From positions 1-24,785 of IMG/VR virus record IMGVR_UViG_3300027777_000139: a stretch of DNA of 24,785 nucleotides. One strand, written 5' to 3'. This DNA is from a virus. Taxonomy: Duplodnaviria; Caudoviricetes. Below the pieces are notes generated by a model. It did not search any database, was not told the origin of the DNA, and saw nothing but the letters and a program-made list of their open reading frames with translations. Each line of letters begins with the position of its first letter. Position 1 is the first letter of the stretch. Both the position numbers and the translations under genes were made by a program. Positions 23,910 through 24,785 of the stretch are shown in pieces.

Positions 23910-24247
23910 TACGCCACCGACCTATCCATGAGGCGGTTAGAAGCCTCCAAAGAGCGCCAGACCTCTACGCGTGCCTGTGCTGACACCAACCCCCAGCGAA
24001 AGCCTTCTGCGACCTCTACGGCCTCTTTCAGGGCTTGTAGGTGCTCTTCGTAGGCAACGTCAGCGTAGGCTTCCATTTCCGCCGTAGCGGCTGATCTACA
24101 GCCATTGGCGAGGGCTTGCTTCATGAGCTTGGCTTTGAGGGTCTTACGGTACTCCTCCATGTACGTCAGTTCAGCCTTTGCTTGGGCGTACTTTTGTCCA
24201 TGGGTGTATATGTAATCAACTGCATCATTTATCTGTTTTTGGTTCAT
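23909..24247 (-). CDS. Helical conserved phage protein (possibly a recombination accessory)
   Basis: All-helical 112 aa ending VEVWRSLEASNR; next to the resolvase; AGGAG SD. Function is a guess. Confidence 0.65.
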   Translation of the reverse strand: MNQKQINDAVDYIYTHGQKYAQAKAELTYMEEYRKTLKAKLMKQALANGCRSAATAEMEAYADVAYEEHLQALKEAVEVAEGFRWGLVSAQARVEVWRSLEASNRLMDRSVA

Positions 24248-24404
24248 ATCGTTCTCCTATGATTCTTAAATTTTCTAAGTGTCTGTGATAGCCAGCGATT
24301 TCGCCAGCTTCGTATCCAATGTCAAATGCATTGATTGCTAAGTTAACGGCGTTCTCTTCTACGCCTGCGCTTCTTAAAAGCGACACCAAGTCGTCTTTGG
24401 TCAT
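24225..24404 (-). CDS. Hypothetical protein (59 aa, MTKDDLVSLLRSAGVEENAVNLAINAFDIGYEAG...)
   Basis: Hand-translated; ATGA overlap with the resolvase stop. Confidence 0.65.
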   Translation of the reverse strand: MTKDDLVSLLRSAGVEENAVNLAINAFDIGYEAGEIAGYHRHLENLRIIGERYEPKTDK

Positions 24405-24784
24405 AGTCCATACCTCGCTAATAAAGCCGCATCCGCCAGAGCTTGCCCCTGACCCTTCTTATCCAACTCACGCCAGTGTGGCCACATTTGTATAGCCAAC
24501 GACCGAGCCGCATCTTTGTCCTTGTTTGTCAAGTGCGCGCGCATCTTCCACATCTGTGGAGTGACGTAAGTCACAGGTATCTCAAACGCACCTAGTACGC
24601 CTGCAATAACACCGCAGGAATGTCCAAAGCTGAACATACTGGCTACGCCTTGCTTAGGCATTGCGTGCACTTGCTCGACGTATGCAAATATCTGGCGGTA
24701 GCTCTGGCCATAGCCGCGAAGCAGTGCCGCCAAAGCAACTGCGTTTACGCGGTTCTGGGATCCAATCTTCATGGTGGGCATCAA
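24401..24784 (-). CDS. RuvC-like Holliday junction resolvase, N-terminus beyond the window edge
   Basis: YVEQVHAMPKQGVASMFSFG, VTPQMWK, KDAARSLA, ADAALLA match the phage RuvC-like family; the first catalytic Asp strand is missing. Confidence 0.8.
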   Translation of the reverse strand: MMPTMKIGSQNRVNAVALAALLRGYGQSYRQIFAYVEQVHAMPKQGVASMFSFGHSCGVIAGVLGAFEIPVTYVTPQMWKMRAHLTNKDKDAARSLAIQMWPHWRELDKKGQGQALADAALLARYGL

Positions 24785-24785
24785 A

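Noticed and set aside
1-24785. tRNA/rRNA genes, integrase, introns or inteins, alternative genetic code
   Set aside because: Intergenic gaps are short with no cloverleaf seen; TerL, portal and capsid ORFs are uninterrupted; TAA, TAG and TGA all act as stops.

Overview
This window is a fragment of a tailed dsDNA bacteriophage genome (Caudoviricetes). Essentially all real genes lie on the minus strand, tightly packed and often joined by ATGA/TAATG overlaps. In the direction of transcription (right to left) the order is: a truncated RuvC-like resolvase and a Zn/HNH-type nuclease; about 7 kb of small accessory genes with three copies of a promoter+hairpin element; terminase small subunit, an inserted ORF and terminase large subunit; a 1593-aa modular protein coupled to the portal gene; then portal, GroES-like co-chaperonin, scaffold, a conserved 181-aa protein, decoration-like protein, major capsid protein, and Thr-rich or Lys/Gly-rich virion-type proteins. 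I saw no tail, lysis, integrase, tRNA, rRNA or CRISPR features. The most striking signal is a recurrent [F/Y/M/L/I/K]-[A/K]-x-G-G motif, about 27 copies counted by eye in three otherwise unrelated morphogenesis-operon proteins. It sits at module boundaries and is sometimes followed by a second motif, M-[D/N]-x-M-[R/K]-x-E-L. This suggests a polyprotein-processing or capsid-loading code for exchangeable virion cargo modules (hypothesis). All family calls are by motif recognition and synteny; no database searches were run.
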